Counted from the first letter of the stretch, positions 36,439 to 47,038 are shown. The stretch is 64,000 bases of DNA from Candidatus Marinacidobacterales bacterium (GCA_965226495.1 OZ245365.1:5280001-5344000), one strand, 5' to 3'. A program made the numbers and translations. Notes: generated by a model not told the origin, from the sequence alone.

Positions 36439-36683
36439 GTTTCCGTTTGGGATTTTTTTCTGGAAAGCCAGATCGCTGCGGCCAGCGTTCCGAAGACGAG
36501 ATAAGGGAATGGAAGAAGGAAGAGAATGGCGTTGTTGAACCCTCCCTGCAACCGCTGGCCCTCGATGGATCCGGCAAGGGCAGTGCGGCACATGGAGCAC
36601 TGAGCAAATAGCTGTTCTGCGCCAAGGACCGCAACGACGCAAACGACCGCCAGCGCGACGGAGACTCGCTTCGGAGAAAACAT
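36426..36683 (-). CDS. Small membrane protein with AQCSMC motif (oxidase-associated)
   Basis: Signal-like N-terminus, AQCxMC, G.N.AIL.LL..PY TM; last gene of cox operon. Confidence 0.7.
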   Translation of the reverse strand: MFSPKRVSVALAVVCVVAVLGAEQLFAQCSMCRTALAGSIEGQRLQGGFNNAILFLLPFPYLVFGTLAAAIWLSRKKSQTETQSQ

Positions 36684-36688
36684 CGTGC

Positions 36689-36997
36689 CTATTTCAGCGG
36701 AAACGTGAGGTGTTGGAAGACGTTCGACCCGTCATAGGCCGGCAACACGAACATCAGCGCGCCGACGAGGAACATGCCGACGAGGACGGTCATGGCGAGA
36801 GTCGGCTTCTCCGAGCGCATGTGCATGAAATAGAAGATGATCAGGTACGCCTTGGCCGCGGCTCCAAGCAGTAGCAAAGTGGCCTTGGGCACGTAGCCCA
36901 GGTTCGCTTCGCCGATGAAGATCATTACGAAGGTGAGGACCAGCAAGACCCCCCAGATCATCCAATAGAGGCCGTAACCATGTGACTCGCTCGACAT
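36689..36997 (-). CDS. Cytochrome c oxidase subunit IV family
   Basis: LLVLT..., KA.LI..YFMHM..E; 3 TM. Confidence 0.88.
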   Translation of the reverse strand: MSSESHGYGLYWMIWGVLLVLTFVMIFIGEANLGYVPKATLLLLGAAAKAYLIIFYFMHMRSEKPTLAMTVLVGMFLVGALMFVLPAYDGSNVFQHLTFPLK

Positions 36998-37016
36998 TTG
37001 TTTCTCCCCTCCCTCG

Positions 37017-37631
37017 TCAAATGAGATAGAAAAAGGCGAAGATGAAAACCCAAACCAAATCGACGAAGTGCCAATACAAACCTGCGATTTCGACTCCCTC
37101 GGCGGAGTAACGACCGAGGGCAGATCGGATAGCCACCACCAAAAGAATAGTTACCCCGGTGATGACGTGCATTCCGTGGAAGCCAGTAATGACGAAGAAG
37201 CAAGCACCGAACTGAGGGATCCCCCAGGGATTGGTGGTCAGCCGCGCTCCCTCTCCGATGATGGTGGACCATTCGTAGACTTGCATGCCCAGGAAGCTCA
37301 AGCCCCCTAGAATGGTCAGCCAAACATACATGGTCACGTGAGGCTTTCTCCCCACCTTGGCCGCACCCACCGCGGATGCCATGAAGAGACTGCTGGTGAT
37401 AAGGGTGAACGTCATCAGGGCGATGAAATTCATGTGAAATACTTCGCTCTGATCGGGCCAACTGCCGTTCGCCACCCGCATGACCCCGTATCCCACGAGG
37501 AGCCCCCCAAAGAGCAAGGCATCGGTCACGATGAAGATCCACATCATCAGCTTCTGCCAGCTGGTGTCGAATGGAGAGACGCCACCCGACCAGACCGATT
37601 CCGTGGCCTGGCTGGCTGCGCTTTGATTCAT
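37017..37631 (-). CDS. ctaE: Cytochrome c oxidase subunit III (copy B)
   Basis: KLMMWIFI..D, T..LI.SS, TGFHG.HV, GLYWHFVDLVW; GGAGG RBS before ATG 37631. Confidence 0.92.
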   Translation of the reverse strand: MNQSAASQATESVWSGGVSPFDTSWQKLMMWIFIVTDALLFGGLLVGYGVMRVANGSWPDQSEVFHMNFIALMTFTLITSSLFMASAVGAAKVGRKPHVTMYVWLTILGGLSFLGMQVYEWSTIIGEGARLTTNPWGIPQFGACFFVITGFHGMHVITGVTILLVVAIRSALGRYSAEGVEIAGLYWHFVDLVWVFIFAFFYLI

Positions 37632-37656
37632 CTTGCCTCCTTGACCGTTCCCGGTC

Positions 37657-38292
37657 CTAGATGACGAACAGAACCACGAAGAGATAGATCCAAACTGCAT
37701 CCACGAAATGCCAGTACGTCGCGCATAAAGCGGGTGCGCTCGACACCCCCGGCGTCAGCTTGTAACGCCAGGATTGAACCAGCACATAAAGGAGAGCCAC
37801 CATCCCTCCCACTACGTGTAGTGCATGGACCGCTGTGAACACATAAAAAAACGAGCTGTGCGGGTGACTCTGGAGAAAGACTCCCTGCTCGGCGAGTTGT
37901 TGCCACGCCAATAGCTGACCACAGATAAACAACACTCCGAGGACGAATGTCGCCGACATCCACTTTCGGAAGGCGAGCGGTTTCCAGTTCTGGAAGGAAC
38001 GACGCGACAGTTCCATCGTGACGCTGCTGGCGAGCAGCACCGCGGTGCTCATCCACAAAACCGACGGTATTTGAAGCGGAGCCCAATCCGATCCTGCACG
38101 CCGTACGAGATAGGCACTCGTGAAGGCCGCAAAGAGCATCGTGACCGAGCCCAAGAAGACCCAGAGTCCAAGACGCGCGCTGTCGAACGGATGCGAGCTT
38201 TCGCGCCCTCCGCCGCCGCCAAAATCACCAGCGTCTGCACCGAAGCCTCCGCCACCCGTATCTGCCGCCGGTTTGGTCAATACGTCGGGCAT
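37657..38292 (-). CDS. ctaE: Cytochrome c oxidase subunit III (copy A)
   Basis: LGLWVFL.S..MLF, ST.VLL.SS, T..HALHV, YWHFVD.VW. Confidence 0.92.
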   Translation of the reverse strand: MPDVLTKPAADTGGGGFGADAGDFGGGGGRESSHPFDSARLGLWVFLGSVTMLFAAFTSAYLVRRAGSDWAPLQIPSVLWMSTAVLLASSVTMELSRRSFQNWKPLAFRKWMSATFVLGVLFICGQLLAWQQLAEQGVFLQSHPHSSFFYVFTAVHALHVVGGMVALLYVLVQSWRYKLTPGVSSAPALCATYWHFVDAVWIYLFVVLFVI

Positions 38293-38294
38293 GT

Positions 38295-39221
38295 TCAAAA
38301 GCTCCGCTTGTCGAGAACCAGCAACGTCAGCAGCACGGGCATGTAGACGAGAGTAGCTGCCATCAGTTGGATAGCCAATCTACGTGAGCGCCCCGCGCCA
38401 AACCGAACACCATAAGCAAGTAGCACAACTCCCATGATGAGCGCACCGACCAAGTAGGCCGAACCGGCCACCCCGGTGACGGCGGGCAAGGCGCTGACCA
38501 CTATCAAAGCCAGACAGAAAAAGATCATTTGCGCCCGGGTACTGATGCCTCTAGCATCGACCAAAGGCAGTACCCGATATCCGACCCGCCTGTAGTCTTC
38601 CACATAGGTCGACGCGATGGCCCAGGTATGGGGGAATTGCCAAAGAAAGAGGATCCCGAAAAGGATCCACGCCTGCTGCCCGAGTCCATTCGTCACCGCA
38701 CTCCAACCCATCAACGTGGGGATGGCACCGGCGAGGGCTCCCGCAAACGTCGACCAGTGGGTCACACGCTTGAGGGGCGTATAGACGAAGACGTATACGA
38801 CCAATGCTAGCGCCGCCAGCACAGCAGTGAGGACGTTGGTGGACCACAAAAGAGTCCCCAGCCCCACAGCCGACATCAAACTGGCCGCCACCATGGCCTC
38901 CCGGACGCTCATCCGACCGGCGGGCAACGGTCGACGCGCGGTCCGTTCCATGAGTCGATCTTGATCGCGCTCGGCGACTTCGTTGTATGCATTCGCTCCG
39001 GCAATAACGAGAAGCGCACCCACCCCGAAGAGACTCAGTTTCGCGAGGTCGGGTGAGGCCCCCGAAGCAAGCCAAAATCCGACCAGGCCCGAGGAAAGCA
39101 CCAACAGGGACAGCCTCGCCTTAGATAGGACGAAATAGTCGCCGAGCTTCTGTCCTATGGCACCGAGGACGCCCGGCTGGGAAGTGCGTTCTGTCGCCTC
39201 GAGCTCGACTGCTTCTCTCAC
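38295..39221 (-). CDS. ctaB: Protoheme IX farnesyltransferase (heme o synthase)
   Basis: N...E.D.D.LMERT.RRPLP.G, YT.LKR, GA.P.L.GW, WQFPH. Confidence 0.95.
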   Translation of the reverse strand: MREAVELEATERTSQPGVLGAIGQKLGDYFVLSKARLSLLVLSSGLVGFWLASGASPDLAKLSLFGVGALLVIAGANAYNEVAERDQDRLMERTARRPLPAGRMSVREAMVAASLMSAVGLGTLLWSTNVLTAVLAALALVVYVFVYTPLKRVTHWSTFAGALAGAIPTLMGWSAVTNGLGQQAWILFGILFLWQFPHTWAIASTYVEDYRRVGYRVLPLVDARGISTRAQMIFFCLALIVVSALPAVTGVAGSAYLVGALIMGVVLLAYGVRFGAGRSRRLAIQLMAATLVYMPVLLTLLVLDKRSF

Positions 39222-39224
39222 ACG

Positions 39225-40985
39225 CTAACCCTTGGTCTCGGCCTTGACCGGAGCCGCCCATTGCGTCACATGGTCGCCTGGTGCCCCGGGCACGTTGTAC
39301 TCATAGGGGCCGCGATGGACCTCGGGAAGATCGCCTTCCCAGTTCCCGTGCCCCGGTGGTACCGGCGTCGACCACTCGACGGTGTTGGATTCCCATGGAT
39401 TGGCCTCGGCCTTCTTCCCTTTGAAGATGCTCACGAAAAAGTTAGCCAGAAATATGAGCTGCGCGGTCCCGAGGATGAAGGCACTGATAGTGATAAAAGT
39501 GTTTATCGGTTGAAGTGGTTGCAGGTATTCATAAACATTTGGATCATAGATGCGCCGTATCATCCCCGAGATTCCCAGGTAATGCATGGGGAAAAACGTC
39601 CCGTAGTACGTGACGAACGTCAGCCAGAAGTGTACCTTCCCCCACTTTTCGCTCATATGCCGGCCGTACATCTTCGGGTACCAAAAATACGTCGCGGCGA
39701 GCGCTCCGAAGAGCCCGGCACCAGCCATAATGAAGTGGAAGTGGGCCACCACGAAGTAAGTATCGTGTAGCTGAATGTCGACGGCGTTCGTGCCCAGAAA
39801 GATTCCTGTGAGGCCTCCGGTTACGAAGAGTGAAACAATGGCCAGTGCGAAGAGCATCGGGGTGATGAAACGTATCCTCGCCTTCCATAACGTAGCCAGC
39901 CAATTGAAGACCTTGACCGCCGATGGGATCGCGACCGCCAGCGTGGTCGTCACGAACACACTTCCAAGGAACGGGCTCATGCCGCTCAAGAACATGTGAT
40001 GCCCCCATACCAAGAAGCTCAATGTTGCGATGGCGATCATGGCGTAGACCATCGATCGATAGCCGAAGATGGGGCGTCGTGCGCCAGCGGCCAGAATGTC
40101 CGAGGTGAATCCTAAAGCCGGGAGCATGATGATGTACACCTCGGGATGGCCTAGAAACCAGAAAAGGTGCTGCCAGAGCAACGGTGTCCCTCCCTGGTTG
40201 GGCAACAGTTGATCGGCCACGTACATGCCGGCGGGAAGGAAAAAGCTCGTGCCCGCGTGGCGATCGAAGAGAAGCAGTATCCCACCCGCCGCCAATGCGG
40301 GAAAGGATAGCAATCCCAAAACGCCTACGAGAAACTGAGCCCATGTCGTCAATGGAAGCCGCAACATCGACAGACCCTTGGTCCTCAAATTCAGGATCGT
40401 GACCACGAAGTTGAGCCCACCCATAGTGAACGCAGCGATAAAGAACACCATGCCGATGATCCAAAGGGTTTGACCGAGTTGAGAGCCAGGTATGGCTGTC
40501 TGCACAGCGCTCAGGGGCGGGTAGGCTGTCCACCCGGAGGCCGCCGCGCCGCCGGTCACAAAGAAGGAAATAATGATGATGATGGCCCCTGGCACCACGG
40601 TCCAGAACGAAAGCATATTCAGAAAGGGGAAGGCCATGTCACGGGCGCCGATCTGGAGTGGGATGAGAAGGTTGCCGAATCCACTCACTGGAGCCAGCGA
40701 CAGGACGAAAAAGACCATGATGGTGCCGTGCATCGTGAAGAGCGAGACATAGAACTCGGGAGTCATCACACCACTCGCCATCCCGACGGGCATGAGCGAC
40801 CCGAGGATCGGCCATTGCGTTCCCGGCCAACCGAGCTGGAGTCGGATGAGCATGGCGAGTAAGCCCCCGATCACCGCCATCGACATGGCGAGGATCAAGT
40901 ACTGCTTGCCGATCATCTTGTGATCGAAGCTGAAGATGTACCTACTTATGAAGCTCTGGGGCTCATGGTCATGAGCGTCGCTCAT
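39225..40985 (-). CDS. ctaD: Cytochrome c oxidase subunit I, A1-type heme-copper oxidase
   Basis: DHK.IG..Y, TMHG, GWTAYPPL, WFLGHPEVY, WGHHM, HDTYFVVAHFH, RR. Confidence 0.97.
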   Translation of the reverse strand: MSDAHDHEPQSFISRYIFSFDHKMIGKQYLILAMSMAVIGGLLAMLIRLQLGWPGTQWPILGSLMPVGMASGVMTPEFYVSLFTMHGTIMVFFVLSLAPVSGFGNLLIPLQIGARDMAFPFLNMLSFWTVVPGAIIIIISFFVTGGAAASGWTAYPPLSAVQTAIPGSQLGQTLWIIGMVFFIAAFTMGGLNFVVTILNLRTKGLSMLRLPLTTWAQFLVGVLGLLSFPALAAGGILLLFDRHAGTSFFLPAGMYVADQLLPNQGGTPLLWQHLFWFLGHPEVYIIMLPALGFTSDILAAGARRPIFGYRSMVYAMIAIATLSFLVWGHHMFLSGMSPFLGSVFVTTTLAVAIPSAVKVFNWLATLWKARIRFITPMLFALAIVSLFVTGGLTGIFLGTNAVDIQLHDTYFVVAHFHFIMAGAGLFGALAATYFWYPKMYGRHMSEKWGKVHFWLTFVTYYGTFFPMHYLGISGMIRRIYDPNVYEYLQPLQPINTFITISAFILGTAQLIFLANFFVSIFKGKKAEANPWESNTVEWSTPVPPGHGNWEGDLPEVHRGPYEYNVPGAPGDHVTQWAAPVKAETKG

Positions 40986-41141
40986 GTTGGGTCTCCTTTA
41001 TTAATGCTCGCTCACTCACTCACTCTTCGCTCGGGCCTAAAACCACGACCGGGTTCCCTTGCCGCGCATTCCGTTCGCAATTCCTCCCGCCCGGCGACCC
41101 TATCGGGTCGCATAACTGGCTCGCATATTCTTTCATCCATC

Positions 41142-41238
41142 AATTGCCTGGGGCCCCACCCCCAGGCCAGTCGCTCCGGCGACTCCGCGCCTGCACGACA
41201 GCTGAAGGCTCTCCGGCCGGCCGGCGCTAACGTGCCGG
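41142..41238 (+). repeat. REP-like structured element family 1, copy A
   Basis: GCCTGGGGCCCCACCCCCAGGCC...TCGCTCCGGCGACTCCGCGCCTGCACGACAGCTGAAGGCTCTCCGGCCGG; closely matches 50651-50746. Confidence 0.85.
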
Positions 41239-41263
41239 TTGTTAGTCTCGCTCGCTCCTGACA

Positions 41264-42079
41264 TCAAGTACAAGGCCCTATCTCAGGCTGCGCGGTCAGC
41301 CATTCCTCGTAGTCGCCTTGCTCCATCACCGTCAGGAACCCGCGCATACGGTAGTGGCCCAGGCCGCAAAGTTCGGCACAGGCGATCTCGTAGTCACCCA
41401 CCTTGGTGGGGACGAACCAAGTGATGATGCTCATCCCCGGCTGCAGGTCTTGCTTGACTCGGTGTTGGGGCAAAAAGAAGCTGTGCTGCATGTCCTTGGA
41501 TCGCAGGCGTATCGCGGCTGGCCGATCGACGGGAAGCGCAAGTTGGTTCGTTAAACAGAAGTCGTCGGCGGAAGCGGGGTCGTCGGGGTCGACGCCGAGG
41601 AGATTCTCGATCGAAATCAGCTCATGATTAACCCGTCCGAAAACGCCGTCGGGCCCTGGGTAGCGCATATCCCATTGAAACTGAGCGCCCACAACTTCGA
41701 CCTGGATCGCATCTTCGGGGGGTGGGGAATAGACTCTGTTCCACAACCGGAGCCCCACCAAAGCGATCGGGATGAGGATGACGGCGGTTCCGATGGTCCA
41801 ACCGATCTCCATCTTGTGGCTTTCTTGCCAATCGCTTCCCTCCGCGCCGGGTCGATCGGAGTATTTCCAAATGTAGTATCCGAGTAAGCTCTGGACGACA
41901 ATGTACGCCACTCCCGTAATGCCGAGAATCACGTAGTAAAGGTTGTCCAGCCCCACTCGGTCGGAGGCCAGCTCGGGCATGCCCCACTTGAAGAAGAATG
42001 CCACCGACACGCCGACGATGAGCCAGATGACACTCGCCATCACCAGCCCTACGGTTGATTGATTGGAATTAGATGCCAT
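41264..42079 (-). CDS. ctaC: Cytochrome c oxidase subunit II
   Basis: E..WT, QF.W..RYPG, D..HSF, CAELCGLGHYRM CuA motif; no fused cytochrome c. Confidence 0.95.
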   Translation of the reverse strand: MASNSNQSTVGLVMASVIWLIVGVSVAFFFKWGMPELASDRVGLDNLYYVILGITGVAYIVVQSLLGYYIWKYSDRPGAEGSDWQESHKMEIGWTIGTAVILIPIALVGLRLWNRVYSPPPEDAIQVEVVGAQFQWDMRYPGPDGVFGRVNHELISIENLLGVDPDDPASADDFCLTNQLALPVDRPAAIRLRSKDMQHSFFLPQHRVKQDLQPGMSIITWFVPTKVGDYEIACAELCGLGHYRMRGFLTVMEQGDYEEWLTAQPEIGPCT

Positions 42080-42128
42080 GCGATGACCTCGTCTGTTAGG
42101 ACACCAAAGTTAGCGGCGTTCGGCGCTT

Positions 42129-44927
42129 CTACCGGCCATACCGCGACAGGTAGATGGCAACCGCTTCCATCTGCTTCATTGCGTCGCCGTCCAGATACTC
42201 AGGTACCGGAGTGATAATGTTGCCTTCGTCATCCACGGGCCAGAACTGCGGCATTTGCGTTCCGGGCGCTATCGACTGCGGATCGGAAAGCCATCTGACG
42301 ACCCACTCCGGCCTCAGCCTCTCCGGTCCCAATCGGAAGCTGGGTGCCAACTGAGACGCGGACATCGTCCCTGCAGCCGAGGGAACATGACATTGCTCGC
42401 AGCGGAGGCGAGCCAGTAGATCTCGGCCAGCCGAGAACATAGCCGGGTCGACCGGCTGATCGGTGGTCTCGTAGGGCTGCGCGTCGTCCATCGCCAAGAA
42501 ACCACGCACCAGCGTATTCGCCTGCTCATCGGTGAACCCGAACGTCGGCATGCGGACGTTGAGCCAGAACCGTACCGTGGAAGGCTCCTTCAGAAAATGG
42601 AACAGCCAGTTCCCCTGCGTTTTGAGCCCCTGCGTGTTTAGGTTCGGAGGGCGCATTCCGGAGTCCTCGATGGTGTCGTAGATCGCACCCCCCTCGCCGT
42701 CGATGAGGTGGCACCCCGTGCAGTTATATTCATGAATAGTGCGTCGACCTAGCTCCGCGACCGCTTCGTTCGCATCGAGTCTCTTCATTGCTTCGAGCGG
42801 AAACTCGTCGCGCACCTGCGCGAGCACGTTCATCGCGATGTCTCTCACCTGCTCGTCGCTAAAACCGAAGTCACCCATGCGCAGTTTTTCTTGTGGAGCC
42901 TTGACCCTTCCTTGATCATAGCTGCGCGGGGCTTTCAGTTTTTGCTCCAGCCACGCACGTCGGGTATGGTCGATGTCGATGTATCCAAAGTCTAGCCGGG
43001 TCACCATCTTGGAGCCCCAGTCGGACAAATCGACGCCTAACTTCTGGGCGTTCTCGAACCCGCTGATGTCGTGGCATCCGAAGCAGCCGTAACGACGAAT
43101 GAGGCTTTCGCCCGAAAAAATGAGCTTGTCTTCCTTGGACATGCCGTCCAGTCGCTCCTGGGCCACCCGGTCCGGAAGTTTGGTACGCAAAAACTCCAGA
43201 GTAACCTCGTCGAGAGCGGTCGCTTCCGGAGCCGGAACGGGCAATTGCTCGAAGTCGAGATTCTTGAGAGATAGCAAGTATGCGGTAATGTCTCCGGCTT
43301 CCTCATCCGTCAGTCGGAGATTGGGCATAAAGGTATCCGGCCAGTAATGTTTAGGGTTCTTGAGCCAATTGAACAAGAACTTCTCATTGACCTTGCTTCC
43401 CAGCCCGGCCAGGCTCGGCCCGTGACGACGCAGCAGTGAAACACTTGCCGCGTCTGACTCATCCGTGATGTGACAACCAAGACAACCGACGGACTCGACG
43501 AGTTGTTTTCCGCGATCCGCGCTTCCCCTGGGTACGGATTGCGGGTAGTCGATCGGCTCCGCCTTGTCGAAGACGTAGGCAACGATAGCGGCCACTTCGG
43601 TGTTATTGCGCGCGCCAACATCGGCGTCCAGATTGTTGTCGAGATTCCAAAAACGAGGCATGAACGTCGACGACTTGAAGCTTTTAGGGTTCTTGACCCA
43701 ACGAGCCGCCCACTCGGGTGTCGTCTTGGAAACCACATGCGCGAGGTTAGGACCTACCTTCCGGCGATCCTCGAACCCACGGGTGTTGTGACAACCCCAG
43801 CAGCCCGCCTTCTCGTAGAGATCGCGACCTTGATTGAACGCGTCGGCCTTGGGAACGTGGGCGGTATTCGAATGGCACTTGAGGCAACCCGACTCGGAAA
43901 AATCTGCCGGATACATCGGCTTGTCCCAGTGATGGTCCGCCTCCCAGCCGTACTTTTCCTCCCACTCGACCTTCTGAACATCGTCGCGCGGCGTATGGGT
44001 TACCCTGCCAAACGTCGTCGCGCGCCCACGACCGTTGTGGCACCCCGTACAACCGAAATCATCGAGCGAGTGAGGCGATTCCCGGTTCACATAAAGATCC
44101 AGTTTGGGATGAGTGCGGTAGGGTTGTGGGGCGTCCGCATAGTCCGGATTATCGATCCCCAGGTGGCAGGTCATGCACCGATCCACCCTCGGCACTTGGA
44201 TAAAGTTCAGATCTTCGGTTACGTTCTTGACCAAGACCTGCTTGATCTCGATCGAGGGGTCGATGAAGTCGACGAGGGGAAGGTTCCGGAAGACGTTGGG
44301 GAAGCTGACTCGGATGGTATCCATCTTCCGATTGAGGAGATCGATACGCTCGGTGAGCGATTTGCGCTCCCCTTCTATACGAGTCCGTTCGGCTCGAATT
44401 TCCCGAAGCTCTTTCTCTGCGAGCTCGAGCTCGTAGTCCAAGGCGATCCGCACTTTGCGGGCGTCCAAAAAATTCCCTTCCAGCTCGTCGAACTCTTCCT
44501 GCCCCACACCCTTTCCTGGCGGGGCGTGCTCGCCCTCCTCGTAGTAAAACTTCTTGGAGTCGTAGACGGACTTGAGCTCTCGTTCCTTGACATCGACTAG
44601 GTACCTCTCGTCCGCCATCTCTTTGCGTTTTGCCTCGAGCTCGTCGATACCCTGTTTGTTCTGAAAAAGCGCATCGTTGGCAGCCTGTAGCTCTTGCTCG
44701 AGCTCTTGCTGCTTGTCCTCATCTAAAGCGGCCTGCGCTTCGTCGAACTGAGTACGGGTCGTCTCGCGCTCCAGCTTCGAAAACGTGCGTTGGTAGCCCT
44801 TCCACTCCCGCGAATAATCGTGCCAGATCATCCACACCGTAGTGATGAAGAGCGCAATACTGGTGATGGCGAAGACGACGTTCAGTCCACTGATATCGTG
44901 CGCGTGTCCGGGAGCTTCTTTACCCAC
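42129..44927 (-). CDS. Membrane-anchored octaheme c-type cytochrome with coiled-coil stalk
   Basis: N-terminal TM, ~170-aa coiled coil, 8 CxxCH motifs (CMTCH, CTGCH, CLKCH, CWGCH, CLGCH, CFGCH, CTGCH, CEQCH). Confidence 0.9.
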   Translation of the reverse strand: MGKEAPGHAHDISGLNVVFAITSIALFITTVWMIWHDYSREWKGYQRTFSKLERETTRTQFDEAQAALDEDKQQELEQELQAANDALFQNKQGIDELEAKRKEMADERYLVDVKERELKSVYDSKKFYYEEGEHAPPGKGVGQEEFDELEGNFLDARKVRIALDYELELAEKELREIRAERTRIEGERKSLTERIDLLNRKMDTIRVSFPNVFRNLPLVDFIDPSIEIKQVLVKNVTEDLNFIQVPRVDRCMTCHLGIDNPDYADAPQPYRTHPKLDLYVNRESPHSLDDFGCTGCHNGRGRATTFGRVTHTPRDDVQKVEWEEKYGWEADHHWDKPMYPADFSESGCLKCHSNTAHVPKADAFNQGRDLYEKAGCWGCHNTRGFEDRRKVGPNLAHVVSKTTPEWAARWVKNPKSFKSSTFMPRFWNLDNNLDADVGARNNTEVAAIVAYVFDKAEPIDYPQSVPRGSADRGKQLVESVGCLGCHITDESDAASVSLLRRHGPSLAGLGSKVNEKFLFNWLKNPKHYWPDTFMPNLRLTDEEAGDITAYLLSLKNLDFEQLPVPAPEATALDEVTLEFLRTKLPDRVAQERLDGMSKEDKLIFSGESLIRRYGCFGCHDISGFENAQKLGVDLSDWGSKMVTRLDFGYIDIDHTRRAWLEQKLKAPRSYDQGRVKAPQEKLRMGDFGFSDEQVRDIAMNVLAQVRDEFPLEAMKRLDANEAVAELGRRTIHEYNCTGCHLIDGEGGAIYDTIEDSGMRPPNLNTQGLKTQGNWLFHFLKEPSTVRFWLNVRMPTFGFTDEQANTLVRGFLAMDDAQPYETTDQPVDPAMFSAGRDLLARLRCEQCHVPSAAGTMSASQLAPSFRLGPERLRPEWVVRWLSDPQSIAPGTQMPQFWPVDDEGNIITPVPEYLDGDAMKQMEAVAIYLSRYGR

Positions 44928-44955
44928 GATTCTCCTACTCTTCCCCTAAATGGTC

Positions 44956-46062
44956 CTAGATGTTGAAGAAAATTTCGGGGAAAGCGACGATGTACTTCAG
45001 ATTGAACGCCCACCGCAGATACATCTTGATGGGCAAACTGAACATCATGAGGAACAGTAACACTCCCACGTAATAGCGAGCCGGCCCCATCTTCTCGTAA
45101 TACTTATTGAGGCTTATCCAGCGCAACCAACGCGGCAGTTTGTCGCTCGGCTGGGCCAACAGCACCGGGAGCACGAAAATGTAGAAGATGGTGACCAGAA
45201 CCCCCCAGATCTCGCGGATGAAGGGGTTTCCTGGCAGCGGCCGGCTTAGCAACTTGACCCAGAAAAAGTCGGAGACGTTGACGTTCAACAGCGGCTCGAC
45301 TCGATGGAGATCCCAATATTCATAGGGACCGAAAAAATTCCAGTTGGGCCCCCTGAGGAACGTGCCCGAGACGACCATCAGAATCCAAAGGACTATGAAG
45401 CCAAACAAAAAGAGCGTGATCTCGGCTTTCCGCTCGCTCCATGTGAAGTAGCCATTGCCTTTCGGGTTGGTATCGATAAAAGGGATCGCCATCAATCCGA
45501 TGATGATCAAAGTTGGGTAGACGACACCCGCCAACCACGGATCGAAGTAAACGAGCATCTCCTGGAGACCCAAGAAGTACCAGGGTGCTTTCGATGGGTT
45601 CGGGGAGTCAGCGGGGTTCGCCGGCTGCTCGATGGGAGCCAAGAGGAAGATGGACCACACCACGAGGACAATGCTGACGACGACCAGGCAGATGAGCTCA
45701 GTATAGACCAGGTCTGGCCATACCCAGACCTTCTCCGCCTCCTCTTTTTCGAGAGGCTCCCCGCCACCAGCGATGCGCTTATCGTTCTCGACCCCCTGGT
45801 ACATCGCATACCAGGTGAAGAAACCCACGAGGAACAACATCCCGGAGATTGGAACGTTGTCGGGCTTGGCGACGATGAGCCAGAAGTTTGGATCGAGGAG
45901 GCTGAGGGCGAAGAACACCACCGACACGACGAGGGCGATGAGACCCGCCTTCTTGCTCCACACTTTCGTGTAGTACAAGGAAAGTCCGAAGCCGATGGTC
46001 GCGAGCGTGAAGAGTACGGTCGGCCCAGAGATGTAATTGATGAAACCCTTAATTAGTTCCAT
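44956..46062 (-). CDS. Cytochrome b subunit IV-like (PetD/QcrC) with extra TM helices
   Basis: WPDL..E, AP...PA.P...PNP.KAPWYF.GLQE, PF.D.NP; follows cyt b6. Confidence 0.85.
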   Translation of the reverse strand: MELIKGFINYISGPTVLFTLATIGFGLSLYYTKVWSKKAGLIALVVSVVFFALSLLDPNFWLIVAKPDNVPISGMLFLVGFFTWYAMYQGVENDKRIAGGGEPLEKEEAEKVWVWPDLVYTELICLVVVSIVLVVWSIFLLAPIEQPANPADSPNPSKAPWYFLGLQEMLVYFDPWLAGVVYPTLIIIGLMAIPFIDTNPKGNGYFTWSERKAEITLFLFGFIVLWILMVVSGTFLRGPNWNFFGPYEYWDLHRVEPLLNVNVSDFFWVKLLSRPLPGNPFIREIWGVLVTIFYIFVLPVLLAQPSDKLPRWLRWISLNKYYEKMGPARYYVGVLLFLMMFSLPIKMYLRWAFNLKYIVAFPEIFFNI

Positions 46063-46126
46063 GAGTTCAGCCTAAGGGCTCCCGCGAAGCCTCGTCGGTT
46101 GAGCGAGGTCCCGAGACCCACATGAC

Positions 46127-46924
46127 CTACATAGGTCCGGAGATGCCTCCGTCCTTGCGGACCCGCCAAAAATGAACCGCCATCAAGAAAGCCGCCGCCA
46201 GCGGCAAACCAACACAGTGAAGGACGTAGAAACGCAGCAGGGTGCTATCCCCCACCACTCGACTGCCTAAGAGGGCGAAACGTGCGTCATTTCCAGCATG
46301 CACCAAACTTATTTCCCCTAGCTTCAATTGCGCCGCTAAGGGTCCTTCAGACCCGAGCAAAGGAGTCGCGCGTGCCATGTTGGAGCCCACGGTGATCGCC
46401 CAGATGGCCAGCTGATCCCAAGGAAGGAGGTAGCCGGTGAAGGAGAGCAGCAAGGTGAGAACCAGCAATACGACCCCGATTCCCCAGTTGAACTCGCGGG
46501 GTGGCTTGTAGGAGCCGGTCATGAAGACGCGGAACATGTGGAGCCAAACGGTGATCACCATGGCGTGCGCCCCCCACCGATGGATCTCTCGCATGATACC
46601 GAGAGGCACATGCTCGCGGAGGTCGACGATGTCGGCGTAGGCGTACTCGACGGTCGGCCGGTAGTAGAACATCAGCAATAATCCGGTGAAGGTGAGTACT
46701 AGGAACAGGAAGAACGTAATCCCACCCATGCACCAAGTATAGCGAAGCTTGATTCCGGCCTTGCGGGACTTAACGGGATGGAGGTGCAGGAAAACGTTGC
46801 TCATCACCACCAGGACACGGTTACGGTTGCTAGTGGGAGCCCCGTGTCGAAAGATGGATTTCCAAATCTGAGAGTCGGTCGTCGTCTCCCAAAGGTCCGC
46901 AACGAAGGTTTTTACTTTCTGCAC
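46127..46924 (-). CDS. petB: Cytochrome b6 (split cytochrome b N-terminal part)
   Basis: WCMGG, TG..L..YY.P, R..H.W.A, HM.RVF..G.Y..PRE.NW..G, TGY.LPWDQ, RFY.LH..14 aa..H. Confidence 0.93.
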   Translation of the reverse strand: MQKVKTFVADLWETTTDSQIWKSIFRHGAPTSNRNRVLVVMSNVFLHLHPVKSRKAGIKLRYTWCMGGITFFLFLVLTFTGLLLMFYYRPTVEYAYADIVDLREHVPLGIMREIHRWGAHAMVITVWLHMFRVFMTGSYKPPREFNWGIGVVLLVLTLLLSFTGYLLPWDQLAIWAITVGSNMARATPLLGSEGPLAAQLKLGEISLVHAGNDARFALLGSRVVGDSTLLRFYVLHCVGLPLAAAFLMAVHFWRVRKDGGISGPM

Positions 46925-47038
46925 TAGAAACCCCTCTTAGAGTCCGCGTTCATCCGCCTGCAACCGATGCAAGGGGGACGAAGTGTGTGAACACCGCGTA
47001 GGCCAGGTAAGCCTCGCGTCAGCAGCATGTAGGTGCAT

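Noticed and set aside
37017-38292. Two subunit III genes as a novelty
   Set aside because: Split or duplicated short CoxIII is already common in several bacterial phyla
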